DNA of 47,058 nucleotides from Phycisphaerae bacterium (GCA_050115495.1 JASFQK010000045.1:1-47058); one strand, 5' to 3'. Positions 9,508 through 19,177 are shown, counted from the first letter of the stretch. Notes: generated by a model from the letters alone, not told the origin. Numbers and translations: made by a program.

Positions 9508-10506
9508 CTAATTTGTGGGTCGGCGAACGAGGTGACGATTGCCGAGCTGGCCGCAGGCCGCCATGTGGCCGCGGCCTTTCGTAATGCGGCGAAGGCATCG
9601 CTGGCCGGCGCGCTGGAGCCAGGCGCAAAAACGACCGACGGCCTCCTCGTCGGGAGCGCTCCAGGGCGATTCGAGCCGCGGGTTGTATGGTATGACGTTC
9701 ACCACACATGGAAGCGGACGGAGGTACTCCGTCACCTCCGCCGCATGTTCGTGGGCGTCGTTGACGCCGGGAATTAGTACGTATTCGATCATAAAGAACT
9801 GGCAGTTGCGCGTCGGGTATTCGCGCAAAGCCTGCCGCAGGGCGGCCATCGGTTCGACGCGATTAACCGGCATGATGCGTGAGCGGATCTCGTCGTTGGG
9901 CGCGTTGAGCGAGACGGCGAGATTGATCCGCCGCCAGCCGAGCGCCGCCAGTCGGCGGATGCCCGCGGGCAGGCCGACGGTGGACAGGCTGATGCGCTCC
10001 CGGGCGAAGGACAGGCCGGCCGGATCGGTGAGCACACGCACGGCCTGTATCACGTTGTCGAAGTTGTCGAAGGGTTCGCCCATACCCATGAAGACCACAT
10101 TGCGGACGCTCAGGCCGAAGTCGCGCTGCGCGGCGACGACCTGGCCGACGATCTCGCCGGGAGTGAGGTTGCGCAGCAGGCCGAGCTGTCCGGTCTCGCA
10201 AAACAGGCAGCCGCGGGCACAACCCAACTGGCTCGAGACGCACAGCGTCTTCCACGCGCGGCCGCGCCCGTACATGGGTACGAGCACGCTCTCGATCTCC
10301 AGACCGTCGGTCGTCCGCTGCACGAACTTGGTCAGGTCGCCGTCATCCACGCAGCGGACGACCGGCAGGACATCGGCATGGAGCGAGTTGTGCGGCGGCC
10401 CACCGGCCAGCAGCTGGCGGTACTCGTCGCGCAGCCGCGGCACCTCGTGGGGGCGCGGTTGCACGTGGGCCAGCAGCTCGTCGAAGGTCAGGGCCAGTAC
10501 GTCCAT
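9508..10506 (-). CDS. rlmN: RlmN-family radical SAM RNA methyltransferase
   Basis: TLCVSSQLGCARGCLFC (CxxxCxxC), VFMGMGEP, LAVSLNA, EYVLIPGVND and AACGQL. Confidence 0.9.
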   Translation of the reverse strand: MDVLALTFDELLAHVQPRPHEVPRLRDEYRQLLAGGPPHNSLHADVLPVVRCVDDGDLTKFVQRTTDGLEIESVLVPMYGRGRAWKTLCVSSQLGCARGCLFCETGQLGLLRNLTPGEIVGQVVAAQRDFGLSVRNVVFMGMGEPFDNFDNVIQAVRVLTDPAGLSFARERISLSTVGLPAGIRRLAALGWRRINLAVSLNAPNDEIRSRIMPVNRVEPMAALRQALREYPTRNCQFFMIEYVLIPGVNDAHEHAAEVTEYLRPLPCVVNVIPYNPRLESPWSAPDEEAVGRFCAWLQRAGQRCLRRITKGRGHMAACGQLGNRHLVRRPTN

Positions 10507-10581
10507 CGTGGGGTCCGGCGGGTGTCGGGTGGCGGCACGCCTAATCCCCCGAGTATAGCCGATCGCTGCCGTCGCTCAGGA

Positions 10582-11277
10582 CTAGTTGGCGACCTGGCCG
10601 TCGCGGATCTCGATGATGCGCTGGCAGCGTTGGGCGACGCTCTGGTCGTGTGTGACCATGATGATCGTGCGGCCGGCGGCACTGAGCTGGTCGAGCGTCT
10701 CGAGGATCATCTGGCCGGTCTTGGTGTCGAGGTTACCGGTCGGCTCGTCGGCCAGGAGGATGGCTGGATCGTTGATGAGCGAGCGGCCGATGGCGACGCG
10801 CTGCTGCTGCCCGCCGGAGAGCTCGTGGGGGCGGTGGTGGACACGGTCGGCGAGGCCGACGCGTTCAGCCATGGCGAGGGCGAGGCCGCGGCGCTGTCGC
10901 GGGGGAACGCTCTGGTAGAAGAGGGGGGTTTCGAGGTTCTCGAGGACGGTTTGGGTGGTGATGAGGTTGAAGCTCTGGAAGACGAAGCCGATGCGTTTGC
11001 CGCGAACGTCGGATAACTCGTCGTCGCTGAGCTGGGAAATATCGCGGCCGTCCAGCCAGTAGGTGCCGCTGGAGAGGCGGTCGAGGCAGCCCAGGATGTT
11101 CATGAGGGTGGTTTTGCCGCTGCCGGAAGGTCCGATGATGGCGACATATTCGCCCCGTTCGATCGTCAAACTGACGCCGCGGAGGGCGACGACCTGGACG
11201 GCGCTACCGGGAGCGCGGTAGATCTTGACGACGTTTTCGAGGCGGACGACAGGATCGGTTTGCTGGGGCATACTCAC
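10582..11277 (-). CDS. ABC transporter ATP-binding protein (LolD/MacB-like)
   Basis: Walker A GPSGSGKT, IGFVFQSFNL, LSGGQQQRVAI, ADEPTGNLD and VTHD. Confidence 0.92.
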   Translation of the reverse strand: MSMPQQTDPVVRLENVVKIYRAPGSAVQVVALRGVSLTIERGEYVAIIGPSGSGKTTLMNILGCLDRLSSGTYWLDGRDISQLSDDELSDVRGKRIGFVFQSFNLITTQTVLENLETPLFYQSVPPRQRRGLALAMAERVGLADRVHHRPHELSGGQQQRVAIGRSLINDPAILLADEPTGNLDTKTGQMILETLDQLSAAGRTIIMVTHDQSVAQRCQRIIEIRDGQVAN

Positions 11278-11434
11278 ACCAGGTCTGAGGCGGTCAGGCC
11301 GAGGGGGCCGGCCGGCCCCGGGGGGCGAAATCCTCGCGGAAAGCCCGTTGCCTCGGCGGGGACAAACCGTAATAATACAAGGCTCGTGGAATCGCCGGTA
11401 GGCGGCGCCCGGTCAAGTATAGGAATAGTGGCGC

Positions 11435-11686
11435 ATGAAAGAGAAGATCCATCCGGAGTATGTCGAGGCCCAGGTTACCTGTGCCTGCGGAAACACGTTC
11501 AAGACGCGGGCGACGGTGGCGGAGCTGCGTGTGGACATCTGCAACGCCTGCCACCCGTTCTACACCGGCAAGCAGAAGTTCGTGGATACCGCCGGCCGCG
11601 TCGAGCGCTTCCAGAAGAAGTTCGGCGGGGACTACTTCAAGGGGTCCAAGAAGGCGGCTCCGGCGAAGTCCAAGACCGGCGCCTAG
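11435..11686 (+). CDS. rpmE: 50S ribosomal protein L31 (zinc-binding type)
   Basis: MKEKIHPEY...CACG...[24 protein letters not shown]. Confidence 0.97.
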   Translation: MKEKIHPEYVEAQVTCACGNTFKTRATVAELRVDICNACHPFYTGKQKFVDTAGRVERFQKKFGGDYFKGSKKAAPAKSKTGA

Positions 11687-11709
11687 CTACCTCATACCAA
11701 GCATCGTCA

Positions 11710-11745
11710 GCGGCCCGCGGGGCAACCCGGCGGGCCGCAGTCTTT
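11710..11745 (+). terminator. GC hairpin between rpmE and prfA (possible terminator or attenuating stem)
   Basis: gcggcccgc (11710-11718) pairs with gcgggccgc (11730-11738) and is followed by agtcttt. Confidence 0.5.
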
Positions 11746-11782
11746 GGGTGTGTTTCGGGGCGGTTTGAGCAGGTAGCCGAAC

Positions 11783-12883
11783 ATGTCCAGCGTGCAGACC
11801 GATCCGTCGTGGATGGCGCGGGTGGCCGAGATGGCCCAGCGCTCGGACGAGATCGCCGAACAGATGAACCTGCCCGAGGTCGCCACCAACAGCGCCCGCG
11901 TGGTGCAACTGGCTCGCGAGCGGGGCGGGTTGGAGCGGGTGGTTCGGCTGTACCATGATTATCGGGCGTTGATGGAGCAGGTCGAGGAGATGCAGCAGAT
12001 CCTCGACGATCCCGAGGCGGACGCCGACCTGCGGGCCCTGGCCACCGAGGAGCTGCCCGGCTTGCAGGAGCGGCGCGAGACGCTGCTCGACGCGCTCAAG
12101 GAGAAGCTCGTTACCGGCGACGAGGCCGCGATTCACTCGATCATCCTGGAGGTGCGGGCCGGCACCGGCGGCGATGAGGCGGCCCTCTTCGCCGGCGAAC
12201 TGCTGAACATGTACCTCGTGTACGCCAAGCGCATGGGCTTCAAGGCCGAGACGCTCTCGCTCTCGCCGTCGGATCTGGGCGGTGTGAAAGAGGCGATCAT
12301 CAACATCACCGGCGAAGAGGTGTACCTGCAATACCGCTTCGAGGCCGGCGGGCACCGCGTGCAGCGCGTGCCTCGCACCGAAGCGCAGGGTCGCATCCAC
12401 ACCTCCGCGGCGACGGTCGCCGTCCTGCCCGAGCCCGAGGAGATCGCCGTCGATATCGACTGGGAAAAGGACGTGATCGAGCACGTCAGCCGGGCCGGCG
12501 GCCCCGGCGGGCAGAACGTGAACAAGGTCTCCAGCGCCATCAAGCTCGAGCACATTGCCACCGGCATTACGGTTTCGATGCGCGACGAGAAGAGCCAGCA
12601 CAAGAACCGTGCCCGGGCGCGGCGCGTGCTGCTCACCCGCGTTTACGATCAGATCCAGCAGCAACAGCGGCAACAGATTGAGGCCGAACGGCGGGGCATG
12701 GTGGGCAGCGGCGACCGCAGCGATCGCATTCGCACCTACAACTTCCCACAGGATCGCTGCACGGATCACCGCATCAATAAGGACATCTTCGGCCTGGATC
12801 GCATTCTGGCTGGCGGCGAGTTCGACGAGTTCCGTGCGGAACTGCATGACCGGGATCTGCGGCTGCGGCTCGAGGCGCTGTAG
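11783..12883 (+). CDS. prfA: Peptide chain release factor 1
   Basis: RAGTGGDEAALF, HRVQRVPRT (PxT motif), GPGGQNVNK and RIRTYNFPQ. Follows rpmE. Confidence 0.96.
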   Translation: MSSVQTDPSWMARVAEMAQRSDEIAEQMNLPEVATNSARVVQLARERGGLERVVRLYHDYRALMEQVEEMQQILDDPEADADLRALATEELPGLQERRETLLDALKEKLVTGDEAAIHSIILEVRAGTGGDEAALFAGELLNMYLVYAKRMGFKAETLSLSPSDLGGVKEAIINITGEEVYLQYRFEAGGHRVQRVPRTEAQGRIHTSAATVAVLPEPEEIAVDIDWEKDVIEHVSRAGGPGGQNVNKVSSAIKLEHIATGITVSMRDEKSQHKNRARARRVLLTRVYDQIQQQQRQQIEAERRGMVGSGDRSDRIRTYNFPQDRCTDHRINKDIFGLDRILAGGEFDEFRAELHDRDLRLRLEAL

Positions 12884-12897
12884 CGGTTGCCCGCCTG

Positions 12898-13004
12898 CAC
12901 TGGTGGGCAAGCCACCAGTGGCACCCCGGTGTGGGGGATTCGAGATTTCAGATTCGAGATTGGCGTGTTGGCGGCGACCGCCTCGCTGCCGCTCGGGGCT
13001 CGGA
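12898..13004. repeat. Cluster of intergenic repeats: 9-bp palindrome, heptamer tandem repeat and REP-like copy
   Basis: cactggtgg-gcaag-ccaccagtg (12898-12920); gattcga/gatttca/gattcga/gattggc (12937-12964); REP-like copy at 12978-13004. Confidence 0.65.
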
Positions 13005-13071
13005 TTCACCGCCGCGCTCGCCGGCCTTGCCCGCCGGGCCTACAATCCAGGCGAGCCTGAGGAGACGGCCG

Positions 13072-13404
13072 ATGAGTGAGCTGGCCGCGAAGAAATGCAC
13101 GCCCTGCGAGGGAGGCGTTCCCCCGCTGACAGCCGAGCAGGTGGGCGAGTTGCTGCCGCAGCTCGACGGCTGGGAGGTGGTTTGCGACCACCATCTGGCC
13201 CGCGGCTTCACGTTCGCCGATTTCGCGAGCGCCCTGGCCTTCGTCAACCGGGTGGGGGCGGTCGCCGAAGCGGAAGGTCACCACCCCGATATTGATCTGA
13301 GCTGGGGCAAGGTGAACATCGAGATCTTCACGCACAAGGTCGATGGGTTGACCGAGAGTGATTTCGTCCTGGCGGCCAAGATCGACCGGCTGCCGCGCGA
13401 GTAG
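13072..13404 (+). CDS. Pterin-4-alpha-carbinolamine dehydratase (PhhB/PCD family)
   Basis: KKCTPCEGG, FTFADF, AEAEGHHPDI and FTHKVDGLTESDFVLAAKID. GAGGAG RBS. Confidence 0.93.
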   Translation: MSELAAKKCTPCEGGVPPLTAEQVGELLPQLDGWEVVCDHHLARGFTFADFASALAFVNRVGAVAEAEGHHPDIDLSWGKVNIEIFTHKVDGLTESDFVLAAKIDRLPRE

Positions 13405-13410
13405 CCCAGC

Positions 13411-14508
13411 GTGCGTTTCATCACTGGCAGCCTCGTCGGTCTGTGCCTGATCGTCGGCGGCTGCGCCCAGCCGACGGCATCGCCGGGGGACACCCTGCCG
13501 CGCCTGTCGGGCACTGTACCGCCGATCCAGGAGCTGTTCAGTGCGGGGGCGGCCATCCTGGAGGGGGTCGATCCGCCGGGGCCCGACCAGCAGTGGACGG
13601 TTGGTGATCGCGAGTTTTTCGGCGTTCTGCTCGAAACGGGGGAGACCTGGCAGATTCGCTACGTGCTGCTGACGCTGAAGACTGACGTGCTGCCGCCTGA
13701 GGCGCGGGTGATCGTGCGGCCGGCGGGGGCGGCTCCGACGACGAGCGGCAGTTCGTCGGACGTGGTCCAGGTCGTTCATCCGTACGGGTGGAACGACGGC
13801 GCTGCGCAGCGTGAGTTCACGGCGAAGACCTGGGATATCAAGTACAAGCTGCGCTTTCCGCAGGGCACGCGAATCGTGCGCCATTCCTCTCGGGCCGTTC
13901 TGGTGGCGGTGGATGTCTTCGACGAGAACGCTCACTGGCTCGAAACGTCGTACGTCATGGCCCCGGAGAGCCGGCTGCGAAACGGCATGTTCGGCGTGAC
14001 GGCGACGATGACGGGGCTCTACGAGCGGCTGGGCGCTCGCCTGAACGAAGAGATGAAGGAGCACCCACAGGACTACATCGATGTGCTCGTGGACCACACC
14101 AGTCTGCTCGACACGGTGTTCGTCCTCAGCAACACGCTGTGGGCCTGCCACAACCTGGTGCCCCTGCTCGAGGCCGCCGTGCGCAAGCCGTCGCTGCTGT
14201 CGGTGATCCTGCATTTCGGCGTGCGCTACAGCTATAGCTGCGCGGTGGAACGGTTCGGGCGGGTCGACACGTCGTGGATCGGCCTGGACGAGCCGGCACT
14301 GTGTTACCCGCTGCGCGTGGATGTGAATGGCGCGCGCTGTATCGATTGCGACCTGCTGGTGGTCGAGCCGCGACCGCCGCTGCAACTGGCTGCCGGCGTG
14401 GTCGGCCTGGACGCCGTGCAGCCCGAGGATCCGTCGCACCGGCTGACCGTGCGGTTGCTGGCGGCGCGCTGCGGAGCCGGGACCGGTTCGCTAGAATCCA
14501 CGCCATGA
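13411..14508 (+). CDS. Hypothetical lipoprotein
   Basis: Signal peptide with lipobox-like IVGGC. Fits between flanking genes with a 6-bp gap and an ATGA overlap. Confidence 0.7.
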   Translation: MRFITGSLVGLCLIVGGCAQPTASPGDTLPRLSGTVPPIQELFSAGAAILEGVDPPGPDQQWTVGDREFFGVLLETGETWQIRYVLLTLKTDVLPPEARVIVRPAGAAPTTSGSSSDVVQVVHPYGWNDGAAQREFTAKTWDIKYKLRFPQGTRIVRHSSRAVLVAVDVFDENAHWLETSYVMAPESRLRNGMFGVTATMTGLYERLGARLNEEMKEHPQDYIDVLVDHTSLLDTVFVLSNTLWACHNLVPLLEAAVRKPSLLSVILHFGVRYSYSCAVERFGRVDTSWIGLDEPALCYPLRVDVNGARCIDCDLLVVEPRPPLQLAAGVVGLDAVQPEDPSHRLTVRLLAARCGAGTGSLESTP

Positions 14509-15158
14509 ATACGCACGGCTCGCTGCACATCGAAGTATTCGTCGAGGCGATGTTCCAGGAGAACGGCCTGTTGATCTGGCCGGACGGGGCGCAGGCCTGC
14601 TGGATCGTCGATCCGGGTTTCTCACCGCAGGCCGAGGAGATCGCCGCCGCGCTCGAGCGGCGTGGCCTCACGGCGCAGGCGATTCTGCTGACGCATTGCC
14701 ATCCGGATCATTTGGCCGGCGTGAGCGCGATCCGCGCCAAGCTGCCGCAAGTGCCGCTGTGGGCGCCGCGGGCCGAGGAGCACATGCTCGCCGATCCGCA
14801 CGCCAACCTCTCGGCGCAGATGGGCTTTCCCGTCACGGCACCCGCCGCCGACCGCCTGCTCGAACCCGGCGAGGAGATGACGCTCGACAGCACGACCTGG
14901 ATGGTGCTCGACGTGGGTGGCCACTCGCCAGGCGGGCTCGCGTACTACTGCTCCGCCGCCGGCGTGGTGCTCACTGGTGACGCGCTCTTCGCCGGCAGCA
15001 TCGGGCGATATGACTTCCCCGGCAGCTCCGGCAAGCGCCTGATGACGAACATCCGCGAGAACCTGCTCACGCTTCCGTCAGAGACGGTCGTGTATTCCGG
15101 CCACGGTCCGAGCACGACGATCGGGCACGAGCAGAAGCACAACCCCTTTTTCCACTAG
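14505..15158 (+). CDS. MBL-fold metallo-hydrolase (glyoxalase II/YcbL-like)
   Basis: THCHPDH, GHSPG, TGDALFAGSIGRYD and SGHGPSTTIGHE. Confidence 0.92.
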   Translation: MNTHGSLHIEVFVEAMFQENGLLIWPDGAQACWIVDPGFSPQAEEIAAALERRGLTAQAILLTHCHPDHLAGVSAIRAKLPQVPLWAPRAEEHMLADPHANLSAQMGFPVTAPAADRLLEPGEEMTLDSTTWMVLDVGGHSPGGLAYYCSAAGVVLTGDALFAGSIGRYDFPGSSGKRLMTNIRENLLTLPSETVVYSGHGPSTTIGHEQKHNPFFH

Positions 15159-15169
15159 GAGCACGGCCG

Positions 15170-15700
15170 GTGCGCAGCGCACGCTGGATCATCAGCGGGT
15201 TCGTGACGGTCGCTCTGCTGGTCGGCGCGGCCGGTTGCACGCGGCCCAACGCGACGGTGGTCGATGCCTTTCCGGAGGCCCGGAGGGCGGCGCCGTGGGT
15301 TTTGACCGAGCCGGTTTGGAGCGGCAGCTTCGCCGACGCCGAGTCCGCCCTCGGTCTCGATGCGGCCCAGTGGGGGCTGTTCAACCCGCAGCATGTGTGG
15401 CTGGCCGTGTACCAGCATGAGGACGCGCCGTCGCGGAAGATGACGGTGCGCATCTTCTCTTTCGAGACGGCTGCGCAGGCCGCCGAAGCCTACGCCCGGT
15501 CGCGGCCACATGAGGCCGAGGTGTTCGACGCCGGCGACGAGGGCTGCTGGACGCAGATCGGCGTCATGTTCGTCTGGGACCGGCTGGTGTGCGAGGTGTT
15601 CGGGCAGGCGGCGACGCTGGAGAGCGAGGTACAGGCCGCGACCCTCAGCGGCTACCTCATCAAGCACATGCCGCCGGGCCTGCCGGACGCGCCCCGATGA
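15170..15700 (+). CDS. Hypothetical lipoprotein
   Basis: Hydrophobic signal ending in AAGC. GGAG RBS and ATGA coupling to the next gene. Confidence 0.7.
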   Translation: MRSARWIISGFVTVALLVGAAGCTRPNATVVDAFPEARRAAPWVLTEPVWSGSFADAESALGLDAAQWGLFNPQHVWLAVYQHEDAPSRKMTVRIFSFETAAQAAEAYARSRPHEAEVFDAGDEGCWTQIGVMFVWDRLVCEVFGQAATLESEVQAATLSGYLIKHMPPGLPDAPR

Positions 15701-16668
15701 GGGCTGCCCTGCTTCCAACACTGCTTCTGTGCGGGTTGCTGCTCGGTTGCGATCGGGCCGCGCCGTCGGCCCCGATTGACACGCAGGCCGTCGCCGCTTC
15801 GCAGTCGGCGCCGCTGCCTCTCCCGCTGCACGACTGGGTCCGTGAGCCGCTCGTGGCGGAGAGCGAGCGAGGCGATACGGGATTGCGCGTGGTGTCTACC
15901 GCGCCGAGCGTGACGGAGATCTGCTGCGCGCTCGGCCTGCGCGAACAAATCGTTGGCCGCACGCGCTATTGCATGTATCCGCCGGGAATCGAGGCCGTGC
16001 CGGCGATCGGAGCTCTCGACGAGACCAACGGCGAGTACCTGATCGGTCTACGGCCGGACCTCGTGCTCGTCTCGGGGGCGAGTCGGGCGATCACCGAGCG
16101 GCTCGAACGACTGGGCCTGCGGTACGAGGCCCTGCCCGATCGCAGCCTGGACGATGTCTTCGCCGCGATTCGGCGGGCGGGCGAGTTGACTGGCCGGCCG
16201 AAGACGGCGGAGCAGTTGGCGGCGGGTTTGCAGGATGAGCTGACGCAGGTGGCGCAGCATTTCCGTGATGTGCCGCCGGCGCGCGTCCTGGTTGTGCTTG
16301 GCGTGCTGGCCGACCCGCCGGCGCCGCCGTTCGTGGCCGGTCCGGGCTCGTTCCATGATGCGCTGCTGCGGCGGGCGGGTCATCACAATGTGGCGGAGGC
16401 GTGGGGGCAGGCGTACGCGCCGGTGTCACTGGAGGCGATTGTGCGGGCCGATCCGGAGGTGATCGTCGAGCTGGATGCCGACGGCCAAGGGCGCACGGGT
16501 GGGGCGGCGGAGGCTTGCCAGGTGTGGGCAAAGCTGGGCGCGTTGCAGGCGGTGCACGGACGGCGGGTGCACGTGCTCGTCGGCCAGCATCAGTTTATTC
16601 CCGGCCCGCGGCTTGCTCGGGCCTTCGCCGAGCTGTGCCAGGCGATTGCGGAGCCGACCGATGACTAG
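15697..16668 (+). CDS. ABC substrate-binding lipoprotein, BtuF/FhuD helical-backbone class
   Basis: Lipobox LLGC, RVVSTAPSVTEI, VGRTRYCMYP, PDLVL, SLEAIVRADPEVIV and PGPRL. Confidence 0.85.
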   Translation: MRAALLPTLLLCGLLLGCDRAAPSAPIDTQAVAASQSAPLPLPLHDWVREPLVAESERGDTGLRVVSTAPSVTEICCALGLREQIVGRTRYCMYPPGIEAVPAIGALDETNGEYLIGLRPDLVLVSGASRAITERLERLGLRYEALPDRSLDDVFAAIRRAGELTGRPKTAEQLAAGLQDELTQVAQHFRDVPPARVLVVLGVLADPPAPPFVAGPGSFHDALLRRAGHHNVAEAWGQAYAPVSLEAIVRADPEVIVELDADGQGRTGGAAEACQVWAKLGALQAVHGRRVHVLVGQHQFIPGPRLARAFAELCQAIAEPTDD

Positions 16669-17485
16669 CGCGGGCGGAACGCGGCGGTCGGCGTGGCACC
16701 TCGTCTGCGAAAGGCTGAGCGTGCAGCGCGGCGGGAGCGCTGTGTTGCAGGACGTGGACCTCGAACTGCGGACCGGCGAATGCCTGAGCCTGATCGGGCC
16801 GAACGGGGCGGGCAAGACGACGCTGCTGTTGGCGCTACTGGGTCTGCTGCCGCCGGCGGCGGGCCACGTGCGCCTGGACGGCGTGGATGTGCGTCGTCTG
16901 CCGCCACGGGCGCGCGGGTGCTGGGCGTCATACGTGCCGCAGGTCGCGGAGCGGTTGCCGGCGTTTCGGATCTATGATGTCGTGACCGGGGGTCGGTACC
17001 CGCACCTGTCGCCGTTGCGGCCGCTCGGCGATGAAGATCAGGCGGCGGTCGGGGCCGCCCTGGCGCAGTGCGGACTGACCGAGCTGGCGCAGCGGCCGGT
17101 GGACGCCGTTAGTGGCGGTGAACGCCAGAAGACACTCATCGCCGCCGCCATCGCCCAGGATGCGGAAGTGATGTTCCTGGACGAGCCGGCGACGGCGCTG
17201 GATCCAAAGGTGCAGGTGGAGCTGCTGGATTTGCTGCGTGGCTGGCGGCGGCGCGGGCGAGGCATCGTCCTCATCAGCCACGATCTGAATCTGCCGGGGG
17301 CGCTCGGCGGGCGGGTGGTGGCGCTAAGTGGGGGGCGCGTCGTCGGGGCGGGGTCGGCAGCGGAGATGCTGCGACCGGAGCGCCTGGCCGAGGTTTACGG
17401 AACGGCGTTCGATACGGCGCGAACGGTCGATGGGCGGACGCTGGTTCTGCCGCGGTGGTGGGGGGCCTCAGGTGACGAGCAGTGA
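16661..17485 (+). CDS. ABC ATP-binding protein (FepC/BtuD-like cobalamin or iron-chelate uptake)
   Basis: GPNGAGKTT, YVPQ, VSGGERQ, LDEPATALD and SHDLN. Confidence 0.9.
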   Translation: MTSAGGTRRSAWHLVCERLSVQRGGSAVLQDVDLELRTGECLSLIGPNGAGKTTLLLALLGLLPPAAGHVRLDGVDVRRLPPRARGCWASYVPQVAERLPAFRIYDVVTGGRYPHLSPLRPLGDEDQAAVGAALAQCGLTELAQRPVDAVSGGERQKTLIAAAIAQDAEVMFLDEPATALDPKVQVELLDLLRGWRRRGRGIVLISHDLNLPGALGGRVVALSGGRVVGAGSAAEMLRPERLAEVYGTAFDTARTVDGRTLVLPRWWGASGDEQ

Positions 17486-19084
17486 CTGGGCCCGGCCGTC
17501 GCTGAGCATCTGGTCGATGTGGGCTTGCCAGCGGTCGCGCTGGTCGGCCAGCACGGCCAGCAGCAGGTCGGTGAACTGCGGATCGAACTGCTTGCCGGTC
17601 TGGGCCTTGATCTCGGTGACGGCGTCGTCGATGGAGCGCCGGCGGCGGTAGATGCGGTCACTGGTCATGGCGTCAAAGGCTTCGGCCAGGGCCAGTATGC
17701 GCGAGCCGAGCGGGATGGTGGTGCCGTTCAGGCCGTGGGGGTAGCCGGTACCGTCGTAACGTTCGCGCAGGTGGCGGATGATGAGGATTTCGGTCTCGAA
17801 GATGCGCAGGGGCTCGAGGATCTTGGCGGCGATCAACGGCACCTGCCGCAGGACCGTCGCCTCTTCCGCCGTGAGGGCGTCGGGCTTCTGGAGAATGCGG
17901 TCGGGTACGCCGATCTTGCCGAGATTGTGCAGCATGGCTGCGTTGATCGTGGCCAGGCGGAGGCCCTCGGGCCAGCCGGCGGCCTCGACCAGGGCGGTGG
18001 TGTAGAAGGTCACGTTGCGCGACTGCCAAGCGGTGAAGCGATCGCGGGCTTCGAGGGCCTGCACCAGCGACCAAACGCTTTGCAGGCACAGCTCCTTGGC
18101 CTGCATGCTCAGGGCGAGCACCTGCTTGCGCAGCCGGTCCACTTCGCCGGCCTGAATGCCGACGACGGCGGGGTCGTCGGAGACGGTGTCGCCGCGGATG
18201 ACGCGGTTGCGGCCCAGCCCCTTGCCCTGGTAGAGGGCTTGGTCGGCCTTGTTGATCAGGTCGGTGACCGAGCCGATGTGCACCTCTTCGGAGCTGACCA
18301 CACCGAGGGTGGCCGTGACGCAGAGCTGCGGGCACTCGGCGATGCGCACCTGCTGGGGCAGGGTGTGCCGGATGCGTTCGGCGAGGTTGGCGGCCTCTTC
18401 GAGTCGCGTCTGGGGGCAGATGACGGCGAATTCCTCGCCGCCGTAGCGGGCGACCGTGTCGGTGTCACGCACAGCCTGCTCGAGGTGGCGGGCGGTAGCC
18501 TGGAGCACGTGGTTGCCGAGCTCGTGGCCGTAGGTGTCGTTGACGGCCTTGAAGTGGTCGAGGTCGAGCATGACCATCGAGACCACGCCGCCGTAACGCC
18601 GAGTGCGGGCGAATTCACTGTCGAGGAGGTTGCGGAACTGGGTGTGGTTCCACAAGCCGGTCAGGCCGTCGGTGAGGGCCGCTTTGCGCAGGCGCTCCTG
18701 GAGGTGGCTGATGCGCAGGCCGTTGCGCAAGTGAGCCAGCAGCTCCTCGAAGTCGTAGGGCTTGGAGAGGATGTCGTCGGCGCCGGCGTTGAGCACCTCG
18801 TTGCGCGTTTTGCGCGTGGCGTGCGAGGTCACGATGATGACGTAGGTGCCGTCGAGGGCGGGATCGCGGCGGATCTGGCGGCAGACGTCCAGGCCGTTGA
18901 CGACCGGCATGTGCAGATCGGAGACGACCACGCGGGCGTGATGGCGGCGGATCTGCTCGAGTCCCTCCTGCCCGTCGCGGGCTTCGGCCACGCTGAATTG
19001 CTCGGCCAGCAGCCGGCGCAGCAGGAGGGCGCGCTGATCCGCGTCGTCCTCGATCATGCAGACATCAACGGGCGACGGTTCCAT
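17468..19084 (-). CDS. REC-GGDEF diguanylate cyclase with degenerate HD-GYP domain
   Basis: REC (IEDD, VVSD, SKPY); DGLTGLWN, DLDHFKAVND, RDTD I-site and YGGEEF; HD-GYP-like LHNLGKIG, DGTGYP and AFDAMTSDR. Confidence 0.9.
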   Translation of the reverse strand: MEPSPVDVCMIEDDADQRALLLRRLLAEQFSVAEARDGQEGLEQIRRHHARVVVSDLHMPVVNGLDVCRQIRRDPALDGTYVIIVTSHATRKTRNEVLNAGADDILSKPYDFEELLAHLRNGLRISHLQERLRKAALTDGLTGLWNHTQFRNLLDSEFARTRRYGGVVSMVMLDLDHFKAVNDTYGHELGNHVLQATARHLEQAVRDTDTVARYGGEEFAVICPQTRLEEAANLAERIRHTLPQQVRIAECPQLCVTATLGVVSSEEVHIGSVTDLINKADQALYQGKGLGRNRVIRGDTVSDDPAVVGIQAGEVDRLRKQVLALSMQAKELCLQSVWSLVQALEARDRFTAWQSRNVTFYTTALVEAAGWPEGLRLATINAAMLHNLGKIGVPDRILQKPDALTAEEATVLRQVPLIAAKILEPLRIFETEILIIRHLRERYDGTGYPHGLNGTTIPLGSRILALAEAFDAMTSDRIYRRRRSIDDAVTEIKAQTGKQFDPQFTDLLLAVLADQRDRWQAHIDQMLSDGRAQSLLVT

Positions 19085-19177
19085 CAAGGTTTCCCACGAC
19101 AGGCACAGGCCGGCGCCGGTTGGGCCGCCGTCGGCCCCGGTTGGCTCGCTTCCACACAGCAGGAGGACCGGCACACC

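Noticed and set aside
11783..12883. Recoding or frameshift in the release factor gene
   Set aside because: The ORF is continuous and has the RF1 PxT motif. The programmed frameshift is a prfB feature.
12937..12964. CRISPR-like repeat
   Set aside because: A 7-bp tandem with no spacers and no cas genes. No CRISPR array was seen anywhere in the window.
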